Shown: positions 10,502 through 20,774, numbered from the stretch's first letter. The stretch is DNA of 64,000 nucleotides from Promethearchaeota archaeon (GCA_048938025.1 JBHLMP010000006.1:1-64000), one strand, 5' to 3'. Translations and numbers: made by a program. Notes: generated from the sequence alone by a model not told the origin.

Positions 10502-10726
10502 ATAAATGATTTAAAGAATTCGAAAACATCAATCGGTACTTTTCATTAAATATTTTAAAATTATTGTTTTTATATCTAATCAACAAAATGATATAAAATT
10601 ACAATACATATTATCTGGGCAATATGATTATTAAAAAATAATGAATGTATTGATTATTACATATTTAAAGACTTACATAAAATTGATTCAATTAATAATT
10701 ACGTAGTTAAATAGATATACACACTT

Positions 10727-11134
10727 ATGGAATTAAATGGTTATATAGAGGATCCAAGGGTTAATGATGAGGATCTTGGGAAAAATTTAGAAGCGTTATT
10801 GCATATGTTTTTAATTAAAAATCCGAATGTTAATGCAGCAGTAGTAATCACCACTGAGGGCCTCCCAATTATTTCTGCTATTTCTCATCGTTTAGATGAA
10901 ACAAGAATCGCGGCCATGTCAGCTACACTACTTTCTTTGGCAGAAAGGGCTATAAAAGAAATGGAGAGAGGAGCTTTCAATGAACTTTTTATTAAGGGAA
11001 CAGAAGGATACTTAATACTGGTACAAGCAGGACCTCATGCTGTTGTAATGCTTTCTACAAACATAGATGTTCAACTAGGATTATTATTTTTTGAGTGTGA
11101 AAGAATATGCGAAAAGATTGCATACATCCTATAA
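10727..11134 (+). CDS. Roadblock/LC7 (MglB-like) protein
   Basis: AAVVITTEGLPIIS, RIAAMSATLLSLAERA..EMERG, IKGTEGYLIL. Confidence 0.92.
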   Translation: MELNGYIEDPRVNDEDLGKNLEALLHMFLIKNPNVNAAVVITTEGLPIISAISHRLDETRIAAMSATLLSLAERAIKEMERGAFNELFIKGTEGYLILVQAGPHAVVMLSTNIDVQLGLLFFECERICEKIAYIL

Positions 11135-11173
11135 CTTAGCAAAGTTATTATTCTTTCTATATTTATCATTATT

Positions 11174-12043
11174 ATGTTCTTCTCTAAACCAATAACTGAA
11201 ATCATAAAAGAGCGTACTTCCAGGAGAACCTACTCTCCTAAACCAATCGAAAAAGGCAAAGAAGAACGGTTAAAAGAAATATTTACTCTTAAAAGTTTCT
11301 CAAGTCCGTTTAGTAATATTGCTGTTAGATGTCGATTTGAACTCATTGGTATGCCTGAATTTGAACCAAATGAAAAGAAAAAGCTAGGGACTTATGGATT
11401 AATCTCAGGAGCTAAAGAATTCATAGTGGGTGCTACTGAAGAATCAAAATATTATATTGAAAATTATGGTTATTTAATGGAAGTGATAATTTTGGCTGCA
11501 ACTGATATGGGATTAGGTACGTGTTGGTTAGGGGGAACCTTCAATCGTAGCTTATTTTCTGCAAAAATTAATTGTAATTCAAATGAAATAGTTCCAGCAA
11601 TTTCTCCTATAGGTTATAATCCAGAAAGTCGCAGTTTTAAAGAAAAAGTAATCCGTAAGATTGCTAAAGCAAATGATAGGTATCAGTGGGATAAACTCTT
11701 TTTTAATAATAATTTTAATACCCCTCTTAATCAAGAAGAAGCTGGAAAATATGCTCCTCTACTTGAAATGGTTCGACTTGGTCCTTCTGCTGGAAATAAA
11801 CAGCCATGGAGAATTGTTAAAGAATTAGATAATAATATTTACCATTTTTATGTAAAAAGTTCGAAAAATAAACTTGGTATTAAATATAGTATGTTCGTAC
11901 GTCTCGATATAGGAATTGCAATTTGCCATTTTGACCTAACTGCTAGGGAACTTGAAGTTGGAGGAAATTGGGAATTCCTCCAACCAAAAATTAATGAAAA
12001 TGAAGGATTAGATTATATTATTTCTTGGAATGGCTCTTCCTGA
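11174..12043 (+). CDS. Nitroreductase family protein (tandem domains)
   Basis: RTSRRTY, GLGTCWLGG, LGPSAGNKQPW, DIGIAICHF. Confidence 0.9.
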   Translation: MFFSKPITEIIKERTSRRTYSPKPIEKGKEERLKEIFTLKSFSSPFSNIAVRCRFELIGMPEFEPNEKKKLGTYGLISGAKEFIVGATEESKYYIENYGYLMEVIILAATDMGLGTCWLGGTFNRSLFSAKINCNSNEIVPAISPIGYNPESRSFKEKVIRKIAKANDRYQWDKLFFNNNFNTPLNQEEAGKYAPLLEMVRLGPSAGNKQPWRIVKELDNNIYHFYVKSSKNKLGIKYSMFVRLDIGIAICHFDLTARELEVGGNWEFLQPKINENEGLDYIISWNGSS

Positions 12044-12148
12044 AAATTTTTAATAGAATATTACCTTATTCCAACAGAATTTAAATATAAATATATCTTA
12101 TGAACCATTTTTAACTATATTAGCACAAGAAGTTATTATATTTAGAAT

Positions 12149-12694
12149 ATGAAAAATTTTTTAAATTACTGGAATGCTATATCCTTTGCATTTATTAAAC
12201 ATGGTAGCCTAAAACGAAAGGCTAAGAATGTCCCTTATGTCATTCATCCAATTCGAGTTACTTCAATTTTAAGAGCAACTGGTTTTAACGAATTTGAACA
12301 CGGAGATTTAATGATCGCAGCGTTGTTTCATGATCTAGTTGAAGACACTGATACCAATTTAATAGAAATTGAAAGCCAATTTGGAAAAACAGTTGCTCTA
12401 ATTGTTGCTGAACTTACTAAACCTGATGGGGCTAAAGGTCGTAAAAAAGAAAAATATCTTGAAAGTTTCTTAGAAAAATCAAACGAAGCAAAAATAATTA
12501 AAATGGCTGATAGAATAGATAATCTTATGGAAAAGGGAGATATTTGGACTGAAGAAAAACAAGCATTATATGCTGAACAAGCGAAAATAATTTTAAAATC
12601 TTGTGGTGCTGCTAACAAAGAATTAGCTGATAGGTTAGACTATGAAATCAAAAGAGTTTTAGAAACTTATGCTCTATCAGAGTTCGAAAAGTGA
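12149..12694 (+). CDS. Standalone HD-domain protein, RelA/SpoT hydrolase (Mesh1/SAH)-like
   Basis: H...RK...PYVIHP, AALFHDLVEDT, VAELTK, KMADRIDNL. Confidence 0.88.
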   Translation: MKNFLNYWNAISFAFIKHGSLKRKAKNVPYVIHPIRVTSILRATGFNEFEHGDLMIAALFHDLVEDTDTNLIEIESQFGKTVALIVAELTKPDGAKGRKKEKYLESFLEKSNEAKIIKMADRIDNLMEKGDIWTEEKQALYAEQAKIILKSCGAANKELADRLDYEIKRVLETYALSEFEK

Positions 12695-12745
12695 AAATAA
12701 TAAAAAAAAACAGGAATTAATTATTTTAAATCCTTAATTCTTAAA

Positions 12746-13780
12746 TTAGACAAACCGCTGATTAATAACTGTTTGAAATTGTATATCTGACCGTGGTCGA
12801 TTTTGATATCCGCCTCTCTTTGAGACTAGGTAAAACTGTGCCATGGTTTTATCATGAACTAAGGTAATTCCACGCCACTTATTACTATTGGAATTGAATT
12901 CTACTACGTTTCCAAGACCAACTCCTTCTCTTGTTGAGAATTCAAATTTTAAGCCATTTAAAATCTTAATAAGTTCATCATGATATTCAGTAATTTCTAT
13001 TTTCTGTGGTTTGTCTTTAAATCTTAAGGCTTCAATTGAAAAAGCTTTAAGGATATCATTACTCATATATTTCCATGCATCAGAGTTAGCGTAAAATTCA
13101 ATTCCGATAAATTCTCCATTTATAAACACAGCAATTCCACACTGGTTTTCTACATTCTTGAAGTTACTGACCATCTTGTCTGTTTGTTTTTCAGATTCTT
13201 GCGTAATTTCAAGATAACTTTGAGTAGGAGCTATAGCAAGGTCATAATTCATCTCAGCTCTATGAGACTGGATTTCCTCCCATACGGCACCCTGTCCTGC
13301 TGCTGAAATTGCCTCAAATGCAACATTAGGATGTAGTCGAGTATTTGACGATTTAAACCCTCGTCCTTTCTTATAACTCCATCTTGATTGTTCTACACAT
13401 TTCGCAGGGATTTTATATTTCTGAGAAGGATTTCCAGGATTTTGCTTGACAATAGACTGTTTTCCTCCAACGGGTAATAAAATTGGTTCCCATATTGTTC
13501 TATCCTGCTTTCCGCCATGGACAGTCATTCCAAATGGAATTAAAATTTGTTTGTTGCTTTTATTTATAACTTCTAATTCTCCAACAGCATCAGTTTCAAC
13601 AATTTCGATTAGTTCCAACTCTTCAGCTTCTTTTATTGTAATAAATTCAATAAATTTATCATCTTGAACAATGATGGGGATAACAGTCATATTTTTATGA
13701 ACTTGAGGAGATTCTAACTTAAGAAAACCAAATGGATTTTTAAACATAGATTCTACAATTTGAATACTTTCATTTTTCAA
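12746..13780 (-). CDS. ARPP-1 / DUF6569-like domain protein
   Basis: V.EL.V.N, GGKQDR, CVEQSRW, Q..VW, G.A.FING.F.GIEFY. Confidence 0.7.
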   Translation of the reverse strand: MKNESIQIVESMFKNPFGFLKLESPQVHKNMTVIPIIVQDDKFIEFITIKEAEELELIEIVETDAVGELEVINKSNKQILIPFGMTVHGGKQDRTIWEPILLPVGGKQSIVKQNPGNPSQKYKIPAKCVEQSRWSYKKGRGFKSSNTRLHPNVAFEAISAAGQGAVWEEIQSHRAEMNYDLAIAPTQSYLEITQESEKQTDKMVSNFKNVENQCGIAVFINGEFIGIEFYANSDAWKYMSNDILKAFSIEALRFKDKPQKIEITEYHDELIKILNGLKFEFSTREGVGLGNVVEFNSNSNKWRGITLVHDKTMAQFYLVSKRGGYQNRPRSDIQFQTVINQRFV

Positions 13781-13782
13781 AC

Positions 13783-14196
13783 TTACTCATCCTCCTTTAA
13801 ATTATTTTTATTTTTTTCTTTTTTTTTGGCAACGTCTTCTTCATAAAGCGGACTTATAAATTGGTCAACAATATCTTCTCCATTTTTAGTAAGTTCTACC
13901 CCATAAGAGACTTGGATTTTGCCATTGTCAGTTTTTCCATTTATTCTTGTACCTTTTTCAATTTTTAGATCAGGCTCAGGTATTTTTTCTGTGTGAGTTT
14001 TTATTAAGCCACCTCGTTTAAGAGCATTTAAATGATAATTTAAACTTTGTTTTTGTATACCAATATTATCAGCCATTTGTTTAGGTCTTTGAGGATTTTC
14101 CGAGAGTTCTCGTAAAATATCAGCTCTTACAGGGCTTCTAAATACAAGTCCAACTTTTTCAAAGATTGGTTTTTTCTTCTCTTTCTTTTTTGCCAT
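13783..14196 (-). CDS. ArsR-type winged-HTH transcriptional regulator
   Basis: SPVRADILREL, QSLNYHLNALKRGGLI; ends 2 bp before the ARPP-1 gene. Confidence 0.85.
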   Translation of the reverse strand: MAKKKEKKKPIFEKVGLVFRSPVRADILRELSENPQRPKQMADNIGIQKQSLNYHLNALKRGGLIKTHTEKIPEPDLKIEKGTRINGKTDNGKIQVSYGVELTKNGEDIVDQFISPLYEEDVAKKKEKNKNNLKEDE

Positions 14197-14224
14197 AATT
14201 TTTCACATCAATTTTGGTAAAAAT

Positions 14225-14280
14225 GTTTTTTACTATAAAAGTTTTTACTGTAAAAATATATAATGAATTGCATATTTAAA
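14225..14280 (-). promoter_or_regulatory. Promoter with two tandem palindromic operators
   Basis: TTTTACTATAAAA and TTTTACTGTAAAA within 14225-14256; TTTAAATA TATA box on the minus strand at 14273-14280. Confidence 0.5.
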
Positions 14281-14369
14281 TGTTTGTAACTTTCAAAAAA
14301 TAATTTCTTTTATTAGAATAATTCAGATTTGAAAAGGAATAAAATAATAATTTAAGTAAAAATAGATGA

Positions 14370-16655
14370 TTATTCAACTGGCTGAAAAATTCCCTTTTTT
14401 ATTAAAGAAAGAATTGCTTGATAATCTTTTGGAGTACACACATTTTCCGGAAGTAAGTAAATGGCATAAAAGTAATTAAATTTATGTTGTTTCATAAAAT
14501 CTAGCGCTCTTTTAATCATTTCTTTCTCATTTTGGTTTAGATCAGCTTTTTTAGGCATTATTATTTGTAATGGATAGACAAATGATGTATTCAAATTTTT
14601 TTCTACTAAATCCTTTATTCCTCGAAATGGTTGAAGATTTCCACTAAATTGGTCAATTAGTTTACCATAATTTTTGTATACATCATAAGCTAAAGACTCA
14701 ATTGAGTATAAAAAGTTCTTAGACGGATTTTCTTTCATTATTATAATTATTCTTAAATTTACAAACTCAGACATCAAAAGAATTGATCCACGATACTCTA
14801 ATTTAATTGTTCGTGAATCCTTTGTACCTTCCAATACTTCTGTTCCAAAATTATGCAAAGCTTGTAAGTATCCCGCGATTAATGTCAGATCAAATTCCTT
14901 TTTTTCAAATGACTCAGCATACAAATCAATACCGGATTTTTTATCGAGAACAATGACATATTTTAAATTCATAACATCAGTGCATTGTTCTAAAATTAAT
15001 TCTAACCTTTTTCTACCTTTTGTTTCCCTTTTTCTAAGTTTTGTATATCCTACGAATCCTATGAAAGCGGCAGCAATTATGATTATGGCAATAATAAGGT
15101 ATATTGTAAAATCGTCGGCAGAACCGGTTGAAACCGGTACAGAGATGATTGTAAAAACTTGTGTTTGAACTCCAGCATCAGTTTGATTATTCCAATATAA
15201 ATATGCTATGTAGTTGCCTTCTAAAATACCCGAAGGTATGACGTAAGAAAACACATAATCATCAGGTGGAATGGTCTTCTTTATTTCAGTTTCCATAGAA
15301 CCAAGAGGATCAATTAATCGAAATGTATAATTTCCAGGTAAAACAGGAGTACCAATCGAAAATGCTAATTCTTCACCAACTTCAAATTCAGTTGAAACCG
15401 TATTAATATTAAAGTTAATGTTTGGAGAATAAGCTTTTATTTCCCATTCTGCCCCATCTGTAATGATATTATTGGGTATTATTAATAGACTTTCTAGAGG
15501 ATTGATTGTCACATTATCGATTATATTTATCAAATCTTTATAAACTGAAAAATTCTCCCATTGTGAAGGATAGGAAAATTCTACTGAGCAATTATTTGAA
15601 TATCTTGTAATAGAAGGTCGTACTGTCCATTCATTTGTAGAATTAGCTTTGATTGTTACTGAGGCTGGAGCAGAAAATATATTGTGTGTATTTAATAGGT
15701 AGGTTACATCGAAAATTAGATTTGCTGAATTATTGCAAAAAACAGGAAGATTGATCTGTTCACTGTTTGGAGAAAAGTCTAATATTGTAAGCGGTAAACT
15801 ACCAGATCCTATAGACGACCCATTTTGAATTTCATAAAATTCATTATCAATTTCAATAGTCATATTAATAGCTTTTGGATATACAGGAATTTCTGTTTCT
15901 CGAATTAATTTATATAAAAATGGTGAATTTGATATTCCTGTAGTCCAAGTTTCGGTGTTAAGAAATTGAGAGATTAATAGATCTGGATATATTGGATCAT
16001 TGTCATTATAATACCAATGATATCTGTCATCGTCTACAGAAATTATATTTGAACCATTTAAGACCAAAAAATAATCTCCCTTTGGCAAGGTTAATTTTGA
16101 AGGAAAAGCTTGTAAATACCATCCTTCTACATCTGACATATTTATATCCATAGTTAAATATAATGTATTATTAGGGATATCATTTAAAGTATCATATCCT
16201 CTCACTTGAACTTGAATGATTTTGGGAGTAGTATGAATTTCTTTCTTTCCATAAACATATACACCTAAAAGCGTCTCTGATTCATTTAACTGAATTTGTA
16301 CTGCTAAACCTTGTTTTCTGAAATTCATATTTTGAAAATAAATTTCCTCATATACTCCATAGCTTTTGTTTTCAATAATTTCAATCTCTGAGCCTAAATC
16401 ATTTATATTTGTGAAATTTAATTCAATATCTTCAATGTTCCATGAAGAAGATGGCAATGTAATGTTAATTGAATCTTCTTTATCATAAAAACCTTGATTA
16501 ATTGAATTTTCAATCATTTCAAAATTTAAGTTAATATCGAGAGAATGATCACTACCATTCGACGAAATAACATCTAAATTCTGAAATAATACTGTAAATA
16601 AACTTAGTAAGACTAAAAATGTAAATCCTTTTTTTATTAAATTTAATTTCTTCAT
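14370..16655 (-). CDS. Single-pass membrane protein: large ectodomain + cytoplasmic longin-like domain (paralogue 1)
   Basis: N-terminal signal, many NxS/T sequons, TM IYLIIAIIIIAAAFIGFVGY, then KKSGIDLY...LIAGYLQALHNFGTE...IKLEY...LMSEF. Confidence 0.8.
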   Translation of the reverse strand: MKKLNLIKKGFTFLVLLSLFTVLFQNLDVISSNGSDHSLDINLNFEMIENSINQGFYDKEDSINITLPSSSWNIEDIELNFTNINDLGSEIEIIENKSYGVYEEIYFQNMNFRKQGLAVQIQLNESETLLGVYVYGKKEIHTTPKIIQVQVRGYDTLNDIPNNTLYLTMDINMSDVEGWYLQAFPSKLTLPKGDYFLVLNGSNIISVDDDRYHWYYNDNDPIYPDLLISQFLNTETWTTGISNSPFLYKLIRETEIPVYPKAINMTIEIDNEFYEIQNGSSIGSGSLPLTILDFSPNSEQINLPVFCNNSANLIFDVTYLLNTHNIFSAPASVTIKANSTNEWTVRPSITRYSNNCSVEFSYPSQWENFSVYKDLINIIDNVTINPLESLLIIPNNIITDGAEWEIKAYSPNINFNINTVSTEFEVGEELAFSIGTPVLPGNYTFRLIDPLGSMETEIKKTIPPDDYVFSYVIPSGILEGNYIAYLYWNNQTDAGVQTQVFTIISVPVSTGSADDFTIYLIIAIIIIAAAFIGFVGYTKLRKRETKGRKRLELILEQCTDVMNLKYVIVLDKKSGIDLYAESFEKKEFDLTLIAGYLQALHNFGTEVLEGTKDSRTIKLEYRGSILLMSEFVNLRIIIIMKENPSKNFLYSIESLAYDVYKNYGKLIDQFSGNLQPFRGIKDLVEKNLNTSFVYPLQIIMPKKADLNQNEKEMIKRALDFMKQHKFNYFYAIYLLPENVCTPKDYQAILSLIKKGIFQPVE

Positions 16656-16836
16656 AATTTCATTAAAACAGATTCTAGATTTAAATCTCCTTTCTTATTA
16701 AAAAATTTTTAGTTTATAATCTATTATGAAATTTCTATCAAATTTTAAGATACTGTTATTGAGATAAACTAATATTCTTAATTTAGTTTGTTATTAAAAA
16801 TTTTCTAAGAAGATTATCTACATAAATTAAATTATA

Positions 16837-17058
16837 TTATGAATACCTTTTTTTTATCCATATTACGTATTGTATTCTTGTTAATAATAGAATACCACCA
16901 ATTAATAATGCAATACCAATAGCCATCAATAATGGGGATGCTTCTTCTGGTGAGCTTAAATATGATATTACCCAGATAATCAATAATACTATAGCTATAA
17001 TTATTATTATCAAAGAATAGTTTCTAATCTTTGTGTCAAATGTATCTAATTCTTCCAT
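16837..17058 (-). CDS. Small 2-TM membrane protein
   Basis: Two hydrophobic helices, ATG start, basic C-terminus. Confidence 0.65.
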   Translation of the reverse strand: MEELDTFDTKIRNYSLIIIIIAIVLLIIWVISYLSSPEEASPLLMAIGIALLIGGILLLTRIQYVIWIKKRYS

Positions 17059-17331
17059 TTTAACCTTAAATTATCTTTTAGATATGAAAGACTAAATGAA
17101 TTAAAGGTAAAGGTATAAAAAAATGTTTCCTTAAAGTAGCTTGAAAATTAAAAATTGATAAGGAAAGCAAATAATTTATTCAATTTCCTATAAAACTTAA
17201 ATCTTAAAAGTGACTACTATTATTTACTTTAATTTATTAATCAATTCTAAAAGATCTCTTGATATTTTATTATACGAACATAAAAAAGCCTAATTTTTCA
17301 TTATAAAGTAATTATAATATAGAAAAAATAG

Positions 17332-17697
17332 ATGGTGAAAATATTGGAAGAAGTAGCAAAAATAGAAGAAAAAAGTGATATTGAGGAAGTCAAGGAAGAA
17401 CCTATAACGAGAACAATCATTCCAGAGATATGCACGTATGAGAATGAAGATAGCACAGGTTACATAATTGAAGTCATTTTACCTGGTGTAGAGAAAGATA
17501 CTATTAAATTAAAGATGAATGAGAATTATTTAGTTGTATATGGTGAAACCGATTCATTAAATTACGGTGGTCTCTATCAACTATGCTGCTCAATCGATCC
17601 TGACAAAGCAAAATCGACTTATAAAAATGGATTGCTAAAGATTGAAGTTCCCTATCTAGATATAATGAAAGATACTGTTAATGTTAAAATAGAATAA
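17332..17697 (+). CDS. Hsp20/alpha-crystallin family protein
   Basis: IEVILPGVEKDTI, AKSTYKNGLLKIEVP. Confidence 0.9.
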   Translation: MVKILEEVAKIEEKSDIEEVKEEPITRTIIPEICTYENEDSTGYIIEVILPGVEKDTIKLKMNENYLVVYGETDSLNYGGLYQLCCSIDPDKAKSTYKNGLLKIEVPYLDIMKDTVNVKIE

Positions 17698-17700
17698 TTA

Positions 17701-17720
17701 TCTCTTTTTTTTCTTTTTTT
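17701..17720 (+). terminator. Oligo-T archaeal terminator after hsp20
   Basis: tctctttttttt cttttttt immediately after the stop codon. Confidence 0.55.
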
Positions 17721-17803
17721 ATTAAGATAGCTTAAAGGTTATTTATATTTTCTCGTTTAATCTACATAATCTATAATAGGATTTCTTAATTTGATAGAAT
17801 AAT

Positions 17804-18292
17804 ATGGAAAATAAAAATTTCTCATCATCGAAAGTTTCCCTTATAATACAAGTAAATAATTTAATAACAATTTATGAGCAAAAAGCAGAATGTGGAATTT
17901 TTTTTAAGCTTAATCAAGAAAAATCACCTTTAGATATTATTGGTGTATTAGATTTTTTAAAATACAAGATTAAAAAATGGGGGAATACAAATCTCTTTAG
18001 CTATCATGGTGATTTATTTAATGGTAGTACTGTTCTTGTAGTTGGAGCAAGAAATCTTGAAGAAGCAATAAGTATAATGATTTATATGTTTTTAACTAAG
18101 TTTATAGATAAGGAGTACGAAATTAACAATCTTATCAAAAGATTAGGCTCTTCAAATGATATTGAACAGTATTTAAGAAATAACCTTTCTAAAAACACAA
18201 AAAAAGGATATCCAAGCAATTCAGACCTGGAAATGGAATTAAAGAATCATTTAGAAGGTCTTATTAAAAGTGAACATAATTCTACAACCTAA
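17804..18292 (+). CDS. Hypothetical protein
   Basis: 162-aa ORF with ATG start and genome-typical codon use. Confidence 0.7.
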   Translation: MENKNFSSSKVSLIIQVNNLITIYEQKAECGIFFKLNQEKSPLDIIGVLDFLKYKIKKWGNTNLFSYHGDLFNGSTVLVVGARNLEEAISIMIYMFLTKFIDKEYEINNLIKRLGSSNDIEQYLRNNLSKNTKKGYPSNSDLEMELKNHLEGLIKSEHNSTT

Positions 18293-18319
18293 TGTTTAGA
18301 AGTAAATTTATTATTTTTA

Positions 18320-19603
18320 TTAATTCTGCTCTTTTTTAATATTCCGCGATAGATACGTTAAAGTAAAGAAAACTAGTAGCCCTAAAAATATAAGAAAATA
18401 GTGTATTGCATATATTTCAATCTCCATAACGTATCCTGCTATTATAGGAGTTAACCCAAATCCCATTCCTACAATAATTTCATTAATAGTTGCATATCTT
18501 GTTGAGTTCTCAGCTGTTCCATATTCAAGCATAATTTTCATTCCAACACCGTGAATTAATCCTAAGAAAAGCCCGACAATAGCTGTTATAATTGAAATAT
18601 ACCAAATATTTCCCAAAAGAACAATCGTGAATGCAATTAGGACGACTGCTATGAAACTTACTAGAGTGGCTATTTTTCTACTATAAATCTTCATTGAATT
18701 TATCCAGGTTAACCCTAATAATTGCATAAATTGTAGTCCACATTGTACAAGATAGGTTAGATAAGAAAATTCATCAGATAAAAGGGCTTTTAGAAGAATA
18801 GGATAGCCAAAAATAAAAATTGATTTTGATATTGTTAAAAACATTATACAAATCCATGAAAAGAGTACAGAGTATACAATCATAGGTGTTTGTGAGTTAA
18901 CTACTAAATCTTCTTTTATATCTAAGTGAGAAAGGGGGTCTTCTGATTGATAAATTACGCCTTCTTCTAAAATAGCAGGACCTTTTTCCTTTTGTATGAA
19001 GAAACTTAAAGGAATTAATAGAAATGATAATAACCAAGAAATTATCATTGCAGAAAAATCATTTAAAGAAAATGCCCAAAGAAAACCGACAAGAAGCCCT
19101 ATTATAAACCCAGAATTCCAAGAAAGATTAAATAAAGCAAAATTTTTCTTTGATTTTTCAATACTACTTACTTTTTGCCACTTACTTAATAGATTAAGAC
19201 AATTTGGCCAAAATAATCCCAATGTTAATCCCAATAATATTCGACAGATAATTAAAAACCAAGCCTCAGGGTATAATATTTGAGCTACTGTTAGAAATGG
19301 GGTCAATGTTGAATTTATTATAAGAGCATTTCTAATCCCTAAAAATTTAGTTGTTAGTAATTGCCCTATTATGGGTGCAACGATATAAGTAATTGATCCT
19401 GCAGAAGATATGAAACCTAAAGTACTTTCTCTAATATCTATTACGAAATAAAGATAATTAAATAGAGCTCTTTCAAAGATTGAAAGATAAAACAACCTTA
19501 CAAAGGCAAGCACAAAAATTGGCCATGTCCGATAATCTTCCCCCGAGTATTTGATATTAACTTTATTATTTTGATATGTAGGAGATTTTCTCGGGTTCAT
19601 CAT
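18320..19603 (-). CDS. MFS transporter
   Basis: About 12 TM; CRILLGLTLGLFWP; FNLSWNSGFIIG. Confidence 0.88.
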   Translation of the reverse strand: MMNPRKSPTYQNNKVNIKYSGEDYRTWPIFVLAFVRLFYLSIFERALFNYLYFVIDIRESTLGFISSAGSITYIVAPIIGQLLTTKFLGIRNALIINSTLTPFLTVAQILYPEAWFLIICRILLGLTLGLFWPNCLNLLSKWQKVSSIEKSKKNFALFNLSWNSGFIIGLLVGFLWAFSLNDFSAMIISWLLSFLLIPLSFFIQKEKGPAILEEGVIYQSEDPLSHLDIKEDLVVNSQTPMIVYSVLFSWICIMFLTISKSIFIFGYPILLKALLSDEFSYLTYLVQCGLQFMQLLGLTWINSMKIYSRKIATLVSFIAVVLIAFTIVLLGNIWYISIITAIVGLFLGLIHGVGMKIMLEYGTAENSTRYATINEIIVGMGFGLTPIIAGYVMEIEIYAIHYFLIFLGLLVFFTLTYLSRNIKKEQN

Positions 19604-19821
19604 CGTTTAATACCTTTTTAAATTTAATTAAAATTTAAAATAATACTTTCCTCAAATAATTTCTTAAAGGGAAATATTGTTCAAAAAGGTACGAAATCTA
19701 TTTGGAAATCATTAAATATAATTAATTTAAACGTGAAGTAGAAAATTAGCTTATTAAAGAACTTTGAGGGATTAATATGTGAAGAAGAAATGTACAAATA
19801 TACAATTGATTTATTGTGCTT

Positions 19822-20664
19822 CTATTGAAATATATCAAATCCAGCGTTTTTGAATGCTTGAATTTGTTTTTCATTCAATTCGACCATTGCTTTAGATGGG
19901 TATCTTAATTTAAATAAAAATTGTGCATGATTTTTTATCTCCAACTTTTTCATCCTTTTTTTAACCAGTTTTATCCAACTAGTTTTATGTTGTTTATTTG
20001 CCTCAACAACTTCTATGTAGGCTTTTTCAAGATAAAGATCTACATTTTCATCGAAATCCCCATATTTATTATTATAATCTTCTGCTATCTCTTCATCACT
20101 TAAAATTTTGTATTTTTCATTATTAACAATTGTGTTGTATTTTAATTTAGGTATGTTTTTGGGAATAGATTTTGGATATCCTATTGATAAAACCATCATA
20201 GGAAGTACATATTTGGGTATTGAAAAATATTCCCTTGCATTATCAATCTCAGATTGGATTGAGCCCACGTAAACCGATCCTAGTCCATAGCTTTCAGCTA
20301 AGAGGACAACATTCTGGGCAGCACACATAAGATCAGCATAGGCTATTAGAAAGTGTGAAAGGGCGTTTTCTCCATGAAAGTCAGTATCAGATTTGATAGC
20401 CCATTTTTTTATCCTATAAAAATCAATACAAAAAATCATGGATAAAGGTGCATTTTGTACCCAAGGTTGACCTCCAACAAATTCTGTTAATTTTTTCTTT
20501 CCTTCGGCTCCTTGGACAATGATGATTGATATTGGTTGAATGTTTCCTCCTGATGGAGCATTATTAGCAACTTGAATAAGTTTTTCATGGATATGATCTG
20601 GAATTTTTGTATCTTTAAAGCATCTAATAGATCGCCTTTTTATCATTAAATCATAAAGAGTCAT
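19822..20664 (-). CDS. Nitroreductase (NfsA/FRP-like)
   Basis: RRSIRCF, APSGGNIQP, AQNVVLLAESYGLGSVYVG, LSIGYP. Confidence 0.92.
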   Translation of the reverse strand: MTLYDLMIKRRSIRCFKDTKIPDHIHEKLIQVANNAPSGGNIQPISIIIVQGAEGKKKLTEFVGGQPWVQNAPLSMIFCIDFYRIKKWAIKSDTDFHGENALSHFLIAYADLMCAAQNVVLLAESYGLGSVYVGSIQSEIDNAREYFSIPKYVLPMMVLSIGYPKSIPKNIPKLKYNTIVNNEKYKILSDEEIAEDYNNKYGDFDENVDLYLEKAYIEVVEANKQHKTSWIKLVKKRMKKLEIKNHAQFLFKLRYPSKAMVELNEKQIQAFKNAGFDIFQ

Positions 20665-20774
20665 AATTCATTTGATTAATATTGATTTATTTAGATAATT
20701 AATGATCATTCAGAAGTAAATATTTCATTTTTGGAAGTGCTTATCTTTTTTAAGATTAGAATTTTATACATATT

